Assembly: GCA_964035575.1 (NCBI GenBank)
Contig: OZ037837.1
Span: 1,054,001-1,118,000, forward strand
Origin: Rhynchopus sp. YZ270_cl-10
Taxonomy: Eukaryota
Reading direction: 5' to 3'
DNA: 64,000 nt
Shown here: in pieces, positions 34,402 through 47,500 of the stretch
Numbering within the stretch: the first letter of the stretch is position 1
Layout: each line of letters opens with the position of its first letter
Translations under genes and position numbers: made by a program
Notes under the pieces: generated by a model
What the model was told of the DNA's origin: nothing
Databases searched by the model: none
The model's input: the letters and a program-made list of their open reading frames with translations, nothing else

Positions 34402-37400
34402 TCAGAGACGCCGTGGGCTAACACTTCTGTACCGTCCGCCTGCTGGTGTGGAGGCAACTACCGCTACGGCCTGTGTGGTGTAGTTGTTTGTTATTTTTTT
34501 CTTTGAAAACTTGGTTGTATTAGTGTAGACACCCGAGGATGAACTCCAATATAATTTTTTTTGTTTTTTTTGAATAATCGATAACGTGTAGACACCTCGC
34601 TTCTTTTCCGTGTGAGCTCGACAAATCACCCCTATCCGAGGACGGGTTCTGTACAACAAAAGGCCGCCTGAAGGGCTAAATGAATTTCAAAGGTATAGAT
34701 GCAGATCATCCTCAACCCAAATGAAATTATTTTGAAGACAAACATTAGGGACCAAAAAGAATTCACACACACAACCCTTGGACAATGTTCTACTTCGACG
34801 ACAACGACCAACCTGCCTTTTCAAAACACACTGTCACCAGATCTTAAACTAGCCATATACTTTCTTCCCCCCCCCTACCCCCTTTACCCCCTTTACCCCT
34901 TCATACCGCTGAGGGCGATGCACCCTGCAAACGCATGGCTTCGTACTTCGCCAGCATCGCACCTGGTGTGGCTGGGAGCAGCGTACGACGGACGCTGTTT
35001 GGCGGGACTGCGGTGTAGTCAGCCCGCGGTGTGGTGTCGCCGTGTCGTTCGCGTGGTGTAAGCAGATCCTTGGCTAGCGCACCAACACCCCCACCACCAC
35101 CACCACCCACACAGTTATCCATCGCATCGCACGCAGCAGCAGCCACACCACGAGCCCCCATCACATCGCATTCTAAAGCATCTACCCTTGCCTGGAGGAT
35201 GCGTGCCGCAGCTTCTGCCGCCACGGCACGGTGCTCCTCTTGAATCATGCACGCTTCTGCTGCAGCCTTCGCAGCCTCAGATGCCCGCAGGTTCGCAGTC
35301 AGGTTTCCGACAATGGTCTCCATGTCTCCCACGGTGCGTGCAAGGTGTAGTGCATCAGCGTCGCGCTCTGCTAGCGCCGCGTTGCCTATGTCACGGCCGT
35401 GGCGGGTGCGTGCGATTTCGTCTTCGCGTGCTTTTAGCTCTTCCTGGAGATGGTGTTCAACGTGCTTAGATGCTTCAATGAGCTGTGCTTGGTCTTCGAG
35501 GCGTAGCGTGCTCTCCGAGAGTGCGCCTTCGACACCTTCGAAGATGCCTGATTGGTGTTCCAGAACGGCGCGCAGTTGTGCAACGTCACGTCGTGCACGT
35601 TGCGCCTCTGTTCGGAGCCGTTCGGAAGCAGCCTCCGCAGCAGCAGCAGCACGGCGTTCTTCCTCACAGGCAAGGCGTTCGCGTGCGATGGTGGCCTGGA
35701 GACGGCTTGCTTCGTCGTCAGCGGCACTCTGCGCTGTGGCGGCGCGTTCAAGCTTTTCAATGAGGCTGACCATCTGAAGGGAGAGGGACAATGAAGATAG
35801 CTTAAAAAATGGTTAATTCTCTCTGCATTGCTTTGGTTTTATGCTGTTTTTTGCCAAAAACATATTATTTTTTTTTTGCTTTATGTTAGCGAGATAAGGC
35901 TGACAATCTGAGGAAAGGGGGCAGGGGAATAGAGTTAGCACCACGTTGCTATTAGATTTGGGGTATATGGAGATAAATGGTTTGGTAGGTGGCTCGCAGT
36001 TAGACACCTTTGGGTTGATAATTGAAAAAAATTCAGCATTTTTCTTTTATTTGGTGCCGACAATCGCGAGCAAACCGCTATTGCCTCATTGCCTAAGGTA
36101 TACCTCATGCTGCATCTGTTCTGCTTCGATCGCGGCTTTATTTCTTTCGCTTTCTTGCAGTCTCTCCTGCTCTTTTGCCACACGCTGCAGGTCTGCGTGG
36201 CTGCGCGCTAGCTCTTCATGTTTCTCCTCAAACGCAGCCTGCTGCTCGAGCATAGCATCATGCTGAGAGGCAAGCGCAGCACGTTCACGTTCCGCTGCTT
36301 CGAGACGCGAGGAAAGCGCGGTTCCGCTCGCAGCAGCGACGTCGTGTTGTTGTTGCAGCACGTCAAGCTCGTCTTGTAGAGTGTGTGCACGTGTCTCGCA
36401 GGCATGCCCTTCTAGGGCTGCTTGCGAGACCGCCTGTCGTAGCTGTGCTAGAACACGTTGTGTGGCCTCCCGTTCGTCCTCCATCATGCGGACCTTCTTC
36501 GCCCCCGCATCCACATCAGCCTTGAGCGCGACCACTACGTCAGCATAGTCGGCCTGCAGCTCGTGGATTGTGCACAAACTCTCCTTGTGACTGTCCTTCT
36601 CCTTGTCCAGCTCGGCTGCGAGCAGTGCCAGGTGTTCTCGTAGTTTCTCTGTGGAAATGGGGGTTGTTTGACTGCATTGTGTGATTTTTTTTTTTTGTGA
36701 ATAGTGTTGTTGGGGCACCCGGATCTCCCCAGCATATGGGGTTAAAGGGTGTGTCGCCTGCTCGCATTTGATATGCAACTATCCTTAATCGATTCTTAGG
36801 TCAGAGTTTTATACTTATAAAAACTACAATAGAATGATTAGAGCTCCTTCTGCTCTCTATTAAGGATGCTGTGGGGGGGAAAAGACAAGAAACTGTACCT
36901 ATTTCATTTCCGTGCTTTTCTTCTGTGATTGCGAGACGATGCTTGATGTTTTCTGCATCCTGCTCTGACTGTTTTAATGCCGCGTCTAACAACGCATGGT
37001 CATGCGAGACATCGGTATTCCTGCTTTTATACAGTGTCAAGGTATTTTCGTGGTCCACCACTTGGTCACGCAATGCCAGCAACTCACCCTCCTTCTGCCC
37101 AAGGCTCTTTGTTGCGCGCTCCAACTCATCTTGGAGACGAGAGTTTGTTTGTTGAAATTCGCTTTTTTCCATATCGTAGATGGCTCGCGAGATCATTTCG
37201 GAGGGTACAGGGTCGTACTCCGCTTCTGACCCTGCCTGTCTATGCTCCGCACCTTCTATAGCTATAGTAAAACGTTCCTGTTGTGCGTCACGTTCTTTCT
37301 GTTGTATTAGCTCCTTTTCCGCTTCGATACGCTCCTTTTCAAGGCGTATTGCTTCCGCTTCTGCAGCTGCAGCTTCTTCCGCTTCTTGCAGAGCTATTTC

Positions 37401-37934
37401 CCTTGATTTTTCTTCTAGTTCATTTGGGTCGGATTTTGTGGGTTGTTGTTGTTGTTGTTGTTGCTGTTCTTGCTGTAGTTGTTGTTGTTGTTGCACAACA
37501 TTTTCTAGCTCCTCAATGCGCTCCTCTTTCTTCCGTGATAATACGTATTCCATGAGTTTCTGTCGTTGCAAATCCGCTTCGAGGCTGCTAATCAACTGCT
37601 CCTTCTCCGCCAGTACAAAAGCAAGCCCGTCACGATGCGCCACTTCATCCGAGAGCGACGCTGCCAACTGACCGACCTGGTTTTGCAAAGGGAGTAGCTG
37701 TGAGTGGAGGACGTCTTCGTGCGCAGCTTGGAGAGCTGCGAAGTTTGTTCGAAGCGCTTGATAAGCAAAGGTTACATCGTCCTTTTGCTGTAGAATCACT
37801 GCAGTAGGGTCGACAGCGGGCACCAACACCCTTCCAGGGCTACGGTGTTGGTGTCCTTCAGGGATTGGAGGAGAAGAGATTATCCGAGCATGAGGTAAAT
37901 CATGGATCGGAGGTGGGGAATGTGTTCGACGCAT
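34402..37934 (-). CDS. Coiled-coil protein, 4 exons (36899-37934, 36104-36648, 34907-35773, 34402-34470)
   Basis: Three heptad-rich ORFs joined in frame by GT-AG introns; start MRRTHSPPP, end RSVSPRRL*. Confidence 0.82.
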
Positions 37935-39373
37935 GAAGTGAAATGCTAGAAAAAAAAAAAAAAAAAAAAAAAGGAAAAGTTTATAAGATGACCCTAAGCC
38001 TCTCGTGGCAAGAGAGGGAAAAAAAAAGAGGAGAAAATATGAAATGCAACGTTGAAGTTGAATAAAAAAAGGGTGGTGCAAGGTGAATGGTCACCTAAAG
38101 AGCAAAGAGGGGGGGGTGGGGGTGGGGGTGGGGGAGGAGGAGGAAGGGGAAAAAAAGAAATTTTCGGGGGAAATGGAATATTTTCTAAGATTTCATATTT
38201 TGGAAAATGGGGGAGAGGGGGATTGTGTTTTCTGAGAGGGGTGAGGGTGGTGGTGGTAATGATGGTTGTGGTGTTGTAATGAGAAGCCTTTTGTCTAAAC
38301 AACGTACCGTAATCGTAATTAATGTTACGAGGATCCTTTAAAAGAGCGCAAATAGAATGAGACAAATTCGTGTAAAATAAACAATGCCTTTCTTTTTTTA
38401 ATAATTTCCTCTCTCGAATCGTCCTTTTTTTTACTCCCTTCTTGCTGTCTTTTTTTTTTGCTGTTTGTTTGTTTTCTTTAACCAGGAGGATCCCCCATAG
38501 TGAACCGTTCGGGACCCCCGCTATGCTTTGGCAGTCGTGGGATAGCATAATGTATAAATTATCTGTAACATACAAGAAAGAAGCCGCTGAACGGAAGTAT
38601 TTTTCAATTCCTTTTTTAAAAATCATTCCCTCTCGAATTCGAATCGTCTTTTTATTATTATTCCTGGCGGGGTGGTATTTTTGGATCGCTTTTTTTTACG
38701 CTTTTTTTTTGACGCTTTTTTGAAGACAAAAATAAGGGGGGTTATTTAAAGGGGGGGGGGGAAAGCAACACAAACGACAACGACGGACGTACATATTGCT
38801 CTATGCAAAAAAATGGGGGGATTTGATGGCCTGTAGAATAATCGAAGAAGTAAAAAAAAAAAAAAAAAAAGTTGAAAAAAAAATTGAAAGATGAACCACT
38901 CGCATCCATGAAGTGTCTTTTAAACTAAAAAAAAAAAATTTGCTATTTTTTTTATTACACTGTGTCCTGGAGGGTTGCCAAGATAAGGTACTTTATGGTA
39001 AACTAAAAAATACTGAAAACAACAAAAAAATGCTTTAATTGATTCAGATTACAACAAAAAAAAAAAAAAAATTCCCAGCAAAATAAAAACCCCTCAATGA
39101 GGGGTGAATAGTTGTCAAAAATAAACATAATTGATGTTTGCTTCAATTCTTTTTGAATAATTGATAACGTGTAGACACCTCGCGTTTTTTTTTTTTTTCT
39201 CGTGTGAGCTCCACGCATTTCTTTTGAAGCAAAAATAGCCAGGACACAGTGGTTCCCCTTTCCTCCCCGTCCCCCTTCTTCTCTCTCCCCCCCTAAAGAC
39301 CCCTCCCGCCTCCCCTCTCGTTTCTCACAATTTGTCCCTGGAAGGGTTGGTGCTGATGTGATAGGTTGTGGGT

Positions 39374-41770
39374 CTACTCCTCCGTCTTCACCTTCTTTGC
39401 GGCAGGTTCTCCCTCTGCGGGCTCTTCCGCCTGTGGTGGTGGTGAGATTTTTTTATTGGGATGTGAACGTATCAGGAGAATAAAAAAAATTTGTGTGTTT
39501 TTTTCAGGGTTATTTTGATAAATTCTGTTGAGCAACAGAACTTTAAAAAAAAAACGAAAAAAGTGTCATTTGTCGTTCCCTCACCCCTTTATTGTAAAGG
39601 GGTGCTCCGTCGATTATTTACCTTTTGAAAAGGTAAATAATACACGAAAGGTAAATAATACATGGAAGGTAAATAATACATGGAAGGTAAATAATACAAT
39701 ATTTGGACTTTATTAATTCAAAAGGTAAATAATATACGGTTTGACCTATTGCGGGTAAACGGCCCTGTTTTCGATGCACACCCACTGGACCCCCGACTCA
39801 CTGCACAACAGATTTTCACACCCCGCCCTTCCCCCTCCCGGAACCCCTCTCGCCGTCATGTTGAACGCCTCGACCCTTGCAGAGCTGAACCACCAGTGGG
39901 ATGAGGTGCGCCGTGGCCGCTGCGAGATGGTCGTCGGCCTCGACGAGGCAAGCCTGGACCTGGACGTTGAGAGCTTCAGCGACACGTCCAGTGCCTCAGA
40001 ACTTCACCCAAAAAAAGCGGGGCGGAAAATTAATTAATTAAATGCCAATTCAAAAGGTAAATAATACACGAAAGGTAAATAATACAATGTTTGGCATTAA
40101 AAAGGTAAATAATACACGAAGGTAAATATGGACTCGTCCGGAAACCCCTCTGGTAAGATTCATCCTTTTGGGTATTTTTGGGTTTTTTTGATGATGTCCC
40201 CCACAAAAAGTGCATCTAGGTGATATTCTGATATGAAAATAGGTTTTTGGGGGGGTCTGAGGCTATATTTTCGCTTTTTAATCAGATTTTCAGCCTTTTA
40301 TTGTCGTTCTTCTGGATCTCTTCTCTCTTTCTCTTAATCCTGCCATGCCGCCTTGACAAGGTTTCATTGACCTCTGTCAAATCTACTGGATCAATGCCAG
40401 GGACTTTTGCTTTGCGGGTCACCTTGGATGTGGAGACTCCTTAGTAAATACAGGTTCCCTCCATGTCAGAGTACACGCTGAAATGACACGACTGTTGCTC
40501 GGGTAGCAGTACACAGAAGAAAAGAGATTGATGGAAAGAAGGGTGCACTGATACGTATGAGTACGAGGGAATGAGATAACAAAGGCCTCTGTGTGGGGAA
40601 GCTCGCGCAGGGCACCGACAATGACCCCTACGGTAAGGATCTCCTGACAACAAGAATCATCAGAGAGATGGTTCGAAACGACACCAAGTGTGCGTCGCAC
40701 CCATTCTTACCGTGTTTCTCGACAAAAAAGTGAACTTCACTGCTGTCATTGCCACGTTTATGAAATGTCCAAAAATACGTAAAAAAATATAAGTAAAAAG
40801 GGGGGGAGCGGAAATAAACAAAATAAATGATCACAATATGCCCTCTAGGGTGGTAGGTGTATGGCGGGTATCAAAAAATTGGGTTGTTTGGGTGTTTTGA
40901 GCAGAAAAACCTCAAAAAACCCCCAAAAGGATGAATCTTACCAGGAGGGTTTCCGGACGGACCCATATTACAAAAGGTAAATAATCGACGGGGTACCCCT
41001 TTAGTTGTTTATTTGTTTTTTTTTTTTGATGCGTTGGCACTTCAAACTATTCAAAAGAAAAGGGGAAAAAAAAGGAAACATGCAAATCATCAACAGGGAC
41101 GTACCTCTCTCTTCTCCCCCGCCTCTGCTTCACTAGCCGCCTTTGCAGCCGCCTCCTTCGCCTCCTTCTCCTCCCTCTCCTTCCGCAGGGTGTACTCCTT
41201 AAGACCCTGCACCTCTCTCTGGGCCAGCCCCTTCGGGTTCATGACCACACAGTCCAGCTTCGAGTTGATCGCCACAAGGTACACGAAAATGTTCGCGTTC
41301 TTGTAGTGGGGCTGCACACGAAGGATGACTCCGGGGGCGTCCTTGCGGCATTCATCGACGATTGTGTAGGAGGGGAAACGCGAGTGGAAGTCGCGTGCAG
41401 CGTACTTGGCTCCGGCGCTTGCGATGGTGACGTGTCCGCCTTCCCAGAAAGCGGTTTCGATACCCTTTCTTGCCATGATTGCGGCACCGTTTGTCGCGCC
41501 GTCGAACTTCACAAGGTAAACCTGCATGTCGGTCTTCTTGAAGTGCGGTGTCACCGCCAGCACCGTTGCGAAGGAGCCAAGAGTGAGCTCGTCGATGAAG
41601 TTCACGTTGTGCTCCTTGAATGTGTCCGCAAAGTCCTTGTGGTTGTACCTGCTTCCGGTGCTCACGATCTTCACACGGTCGCCCACCTCGGGGTCGCGGG
41701 CCACAGCAGCCTCACGTCTTGAAAAGGCATCGGGCAAATCGGGAATGTTAGATCTGAAGCGGAGCCCCAT
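39374..41770 (-). CDS. Hypothetical protein with two tandem ~75-aa SH3/KOW-like repeats and a charged tail (exons 41105-41770, 39374-39430)
   Basis: GDRVKIVSTGSRY..VLAVTPHFK..VYLV..MARKGI versus GGHVTIASAGAKY..ILRVQPHYK..VYLV..MNPKGL. Donor GAG|GTACGT and acceptor CACAG|GCG give AEEPAEGEPAAKKVKTEE*. Confidence 0.8.
39598..41000. mobile_element. Intronic TIR element (AGGGG...CCCCT ends) with an interrupted left TIR
   Basis: TIR AGGGGT(G/A)C(T/C)CCGTCGATTATTTACCTTTTG. The inner TIR part (gtccggaaaccc...ggtaagattcatccttttggg) lies at ~40136 and inverted at ~40922-40960. Flanks GTAA/TTAG are an imperfect TTAA, possibly Kolobok-like. Confidence 0.8.
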
Positions 41771-42104
41771 GATGGTCTGCTTCAGCTGTGGGTTGTGAAA
41801 ATGGGTTGTATGAAAAGAAGGTATGTTTCAAATGTTCATTTGTTTCAAATCGGATTTCTACTACTCTGGACTCTGCCTCGACGCAGTCTGGAGTATTTAT
41901 TTGGGAGTTTTTTTTCTTCCCGACTCGGGACGTATGCTGTATGGTATTATATTATTGAAACATACCTGCTGGTTCTCCTCCCTGAGAGCATCGTTCTCCT
42001 GCTGCATGATGTTTGTGTGCTTTTCTTTTTTTACTCTTCTGTTTGGGTGAAGTAATTGGGGGAGGACTAGTTACTTTTTATTTTGCTTATTTTTAAATTA
42101 ATCA

Positions 42105-42171
42105 TGGTGTGGCCGACGACTCCAAAATAGCACAAAATAGCACAAAATAGCACCCCCCTTCAGCCACACCA
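42105..42171. mobile_element. TGGTGT-terminus mini-element (67 bp), TSD TAATCA; inverted relative of 27924-28048
   Basis: TAATCA|TGGTGTGG...CCACACCA|TAATCA with internal (CAAAATAGCA)3. Confidence 0.85.
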
Positions 42172-42759
42172 TAATCAGCCTTAATTTCCCTCAAATCTCT
42201 CTAAAAGATCCCGCCTGATTTTGATCTGAGTTTTGCGGTGCTGGGCGGTGTTTGGCAGAAGTAGCTACCAGACCAAAATCGGGTGAAGATCTTTAAAAAC
42301 AGGGGGTTTTTTTTTTGAACTTTTTTCATCCATATTTGAGATAAGATTTTCTGAACACCATGCCTCATGAAGCAATAGAACAGGAGGGGTTTTGAATGGG
42401 TTTTTATGAAGTTTGTTTTTGATATTGAAAAGGAGAGGAAGGGGAAGGAGCTGTCTATTTGTTTTTTTTTTCTAACACAATTCTAGTTCAGTCGCAAACA
42501 GCAAAAAAAAAGAGGGAGAAATACAAACAATCCAAAAAAAAAGTAAAAAATGGGATAAAAAGAGAGGACGGATGAATGGAAGTGGCCCCGAAAGCCTTTA
42601 TCTAACGTTACTCTAGTAGTTTTCTTTTCTCATAAACAGGAATGAAAAAAAAACGTATTCTATACCGTGGGCACACGGTGTGAGGGGGGAGGGTGACAAT
42701 AGGGGAAAGAAACATTGGTGCAATGATCCTAAGTCTCTCTTGCAAGGCTTGGCTCAGCA

Positions 42760-42808
<49 letters not shown>

Positions 42809-44537
42809 AAGATGAATGCGTGTCTCGTGCACACATCTTCAAAAAAAAAAGGGGGGGGGGAGGGAGGAGGGAAATCAACGAGGACACTTTTCTAATAGCG
42901 ATTTTAGACAAAAGAATCATGTACGATACGAGAGGATTGGGGATGCATCTTGTTTGTTGTGTGCGTAAAGTGTGATATAAACACTCTGTGTTGGTATTTT
43001 TTTTTTTAATTATATAAATCATTGGAGTATATAGTTGCCTCTTTTATTGTGTTACCACTGTGCAATCCACTTTTTTTTTTTTTTATACGGTTACCTAAGA
43101 TGAACCTAAGCCTCTTTGTGGCTAGTCACCTTGAGTGCAAATCGTTTATCGCACAGCATCAAGCTGCTTGGGCAAATTATTACACATCCACTTGCCGTTT
43201 GGATAAAGAAAAACAGAGACGAAAAAGGGGCTTGGGGGAAGAGTTTAATTCTTGAACGCATCCCCACACTCAGTCACACGGACCAAAATGATTCACACAC
43301 ACACACAACCCTTGGAAAAATAAAGAAGTATTTCAATATGCAATCAATAAATTGATAGCATAGGAGGGATCAAAAAATGTTCCTATCTTTCTTTTATACA
43401 TTTTTCAAAACGTGAAAAAGTAAAAAAAGACGAAAAAAAAATGCAGACGAAGGGCAAGATGAACCACTCTCTGTATTAAAGAGAAGGTGAAAGTGCCAAC
43501 ATCTCACCTTACACCGGGTGGATGCAGGCACATTCAATAGTGATCTCAGTGCTGAAAGGAGGTTCGGCATTCTGCCATACAATAATCTAGTAGTTCTATT
43601 AAGTTGCTATAATGGAGTCTCTAAACAGGGGAAAAGAGAGAGAGAGAGAGAAAAGTGACGTTGATAGTGTAAACACCGGACGCAGGCACTGATGGATATT
43701 TTATAGTCTCTGTTTAAAGCCTTATTGTTTTGTTCTTCCTTTTTCCTTTCAATATTTTTTATTTGCTTTTTTGTTGTTTGGAAGAGAAAAAAAGTTGGCC
43801 CTCTCGTGACAGTGTACCTTAGTTCATCCAACATCCAAGTCCTACATCCATTTTTGTGGTTTACATCTGAAAAAAACAGGATTGGAGAAGTCTTTTGTGC
43901 TTTGATTACCTTTTGAAATTGAAACCGTACTCTTACTTTTCCTTGTGTTTCCCTGCAAACAAAAAAGACAAAAAAGGGAGAGGTTGTGAAACGCACACAC
44001 CTCGACCTGTCGGTGAAATGTGGCTCTAATCCAATCCGCTCCAGACTAGAAAAAGGAAGGGAGTTCGGGTACGGTGTTCAATTCCCTTTTCGCATTGCAT
44101 GTAATCATAAAAATAAAGCAACATAAAATAACATCAAATAACAGCAAAAAAAGGCAACTTTGAAAAATGTTTCAAAAAAAAAAATGTTTGTAAAATTTTA
44201 GACACCTATCACGGGGACAGCCCACGATCTTTTTTTATTTCTTCACAGATACACACAAAATGTTTCAAAAAAATAAAATAAAAGAATTGTAAAGACGCGC
44301 TTCAGCCTCTCTCTCTCGCTTTAGCCACCTTGAAAATAATGAGCCGTCTATTCAGCTCTCTAAACATGAGAAAAAGCGAGATCCTTGCACCTAAACACTC
44401 TAAAATAACCTTCTACGGACCACACTCCCTACCCTACCCCACCTCCCCTTTCTTTTGTATAGCCCCCTTGCATGCAAATGCCACTCATGGTGCATGATGT
44501 ATCTCTTCTCCCTCCTCCGCTCGCTTCCCTTCCTGCA

Positions 44538-47500
44538 CTACAACATACGCAGAGACCGACGGCGTGAAGACCCAGCAGGTGTCAGCGACGTGACGTGCCC
44601 CTGTGAGGCGCGTCTGTCATAGTGTGCACGCTCGCGCTCAGGGGACCTGCGCCGTTCGGTGCCTAGGGTGTGCGTCGCAGTCAAGTCAGATGCTGGGTAC
44701 GCCAAGGACGCCGCAGCAGACGCAGCATTGTAGGCACTGATGTCGTGCTCGGCACGTGGCAGCATGTTCTGTGAGGTGGGTGGTTTGAAAAAGACGAATA
44801 AAATGTACAAGTTGTGTCAATCACCGTAACCTTTGGGCTACAGTCTGTACTCGATGTTTAGTCGAAGACCTTTATTGTACGGAAATTATATACAGACGCA
44901 ATTCGTACCCTTAAAAACAACTTTTATGGGGAAAAAAGGTCAGATCAAAAGCAATGCATGGGCTCTCTGGCTTAGTGTTCGCTAATTTGGTCCCGCGACA
45001 GCCTCAAAATGCACTACCCAAAGAAAGAATACTGCGCAATGCTGCGCCATCAGGCCTAGCTAGCACTAGCAACACTTCCACAAGACAGAGCAAAGACGAT
45101 CTTATTATTTTTTGTTTTAGCTATAAATAGAGACTGCAGCCTCCCCCTTCACCTGAACGTTCAATATACCTCAAGTGTACTGAGGCGGGTACGGAGTGCC
45201 GAAGCCTCGCTCTCAGCGTGCCTCTGTGAGGCGCGTGCGTGTTCGGACCTGATCTGCACGTCGCGCGCCTTGGCCTCAAGCTGCTGTGCGGCAGAGACCA
45301 GCTCCCCCTCAAAGTGTGCCTTCTCAAGTCTCTCAGCCTGCAGGTCGTTGTGCAGGGTCTCGATCGTGGCCTCAAGGGCACTGTTCTCCTTCTCATAGGT
45401 CACAGCACGGCGGACGGCGTCCTTCAGCTTGTCGTGGACATCTGTATGTGGGGTGGTTGGAAATCGTGTTGTGTTCACTCTGGTATGCTGACATTCAAAA
45501 TGAAGTCAATAGATATAGGCACATTATGCACACTGTGTATGGTTTATTGCACAAAAAATGGACGCGGTTGATTGGTGGACAAGATGGAGTGCAACAACAC
45601 GTCTGTTGCCGCACTTTTTTTGCCCTCCTTACACGACAACCTGCGCATGCTGTTGCGCAGGAGTGTGCTGAGTGCGGGTACACTGCCCTGAAAGCATTAC
45701 TTACACAAAATCTTTATCCGACACCTGCAAACTGAACAAAGAGTGGGAAGAGTTGGTGGAGGTGGAAAAAAAAGCAGTATCAATTTTAAAACCAGTAGGT
45801 AGACTCTTAGACTCTCTCTTGACACTGACCACAATCTTACAGAAAATACTCCCATGTTCTGAAGGCACAACAACAGTAAAACGCTAGAGTCACGGCACAT
45901 ACCTGCGATGCCATGAATCGCCCCGTCTTCGATCTCATGCGCATGGCGGCGGTATTCGTCGTTCGACAGCTCCGCCGCAGCAAGCGCCTTACGCAACGTT
46001 GCTGCCTCCTCAGCAAGGGGTGCGTGCTTCGCCTCTGAGGCGGCCGTCTGCACCTGCAGGAGCTTCAGCTCCTGTGCACACTCGCTGTGCAGTGCGTGCA
46101 GACGTGTGTTCTTGAGGTCCAAATCAGCGGCCCTGGCGCGCATGGTGTCGACCTCAGACAGCAGTGCTGCCTTGCTCTCGGACGCGGATGCGGATACCTC
46201 GGAGACGCGCCGCTCAACGATGGCGAGGGAGGAGGTGAGGTCCTTGACGTAGCGGCACAGTGCAACGACCTCCTTCGCAGCGCTGTGTGACGTGCCGTTG
46301 CCACCAGAGATGATCTCGGTGACTGCGGCGCAGATGCTGTCCAGCTCGGTCTCGCAGTGTCGGTTGCGGTCGAGCAGCTCAGCTTCGTTGTGCTCAACGT
46401 CGGTGAGGCGGTTGCGGACCTCGAGAAGCGTGTTCTCGAGGCTTGCGTTCTTCTCTGCTGTACGGCGCAGTCCTTCGAGCTCGACCTCTGCTTTGTGCAG
46501 TGCTTGGTCCAGCTCGGAATTCGCAATTTTCATATCAGCTAAAGCCTGGTCCGCAGAGTCGAAGCGTACAATCAAAGCTTTGTTTTCATCAGAGATGCGG
46601 CGGTTGTTGCCACGCAGGTCGTCCGCCTCCTTCACCGCAGCCAGCGCATCGTTGGTGTCGAGCTGCTGTCTCGCACGCACATCAGACAGCTCCTCGCTCA
46701 GCTGCTCGGAGCGGCTGCGCTCGCGGGACAGCTGGTCCCTGAGAAGCGTGATCTCATCTCTTGCAGAGGCCCCCTCACGCAGCGTCGTTGTCTTGATAAG
46801 CTCGAGCTCCTGCTCTGCCTTCTTGAGTGCGGTCTCTGCGTCGCGCAGGGTACGTTGCGTGGCACGCAGGTCGTCACGCATTTCGTTGGCACTGCGGCGC
46901 AGCTCGGCAGCCTCGTCCTCTGCTTCTGTTGCAGCGGTGCCGACGTTGATGCGGTTACGCTTCTCTGCCTCCGCCAACTGCAGGGCACGTGTCTCGCGTT
47001 CCCGAGCATCTTCGACGTCTCTCTCCTTTGCGAGAAGGCGCTGCTCTGCCAGCTCTACCTTGTCCAGTGCAGACGCCTCTCTGCCTTCGGCAGCACGGCG
47101 TGCAGCTTCTGCAGTAGCGCGTGCTGCCTCTGCTGCACGTTCTACCTCGCGGTTGCGTTTCATGGCAGCATCGTGGTCACGACGTTGTGTGTCGCACTGC
47201 TGTTGTGCCTGGCGGAGTTGTTGCTCCAGGTCAGAGACCACAGCGTCTGCGGTGTGCAGCTTGTCTTTGAAAGCACGCTCTGCGTCGGTCCATTCGTCTT
47301 GGGCGATGCGGTACTGTTGTTCCATTTCGGCAAGCTTCTGCGCAAGGCTGTCGCCCTGGTGCAGACCTTGCTGCTGTTGCTTGCGTGCGATGTCTGCCTC
47401 ACGAACCAGCTCTGCGTTGCGCTGTTGCAGCTCATCGGCTTTGATGACGCAAGCATCGTATTCAAGTTGAAGCCTTTTCAGACTGTCCTCAGCGTCCGCC

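Noticed and set aside
38958..39251. Transib-like element (CACTGTGTCCTGG inverted repeat)
   Set aside because: Only a 13-bp match, no TSD, and a low-complexity interior.
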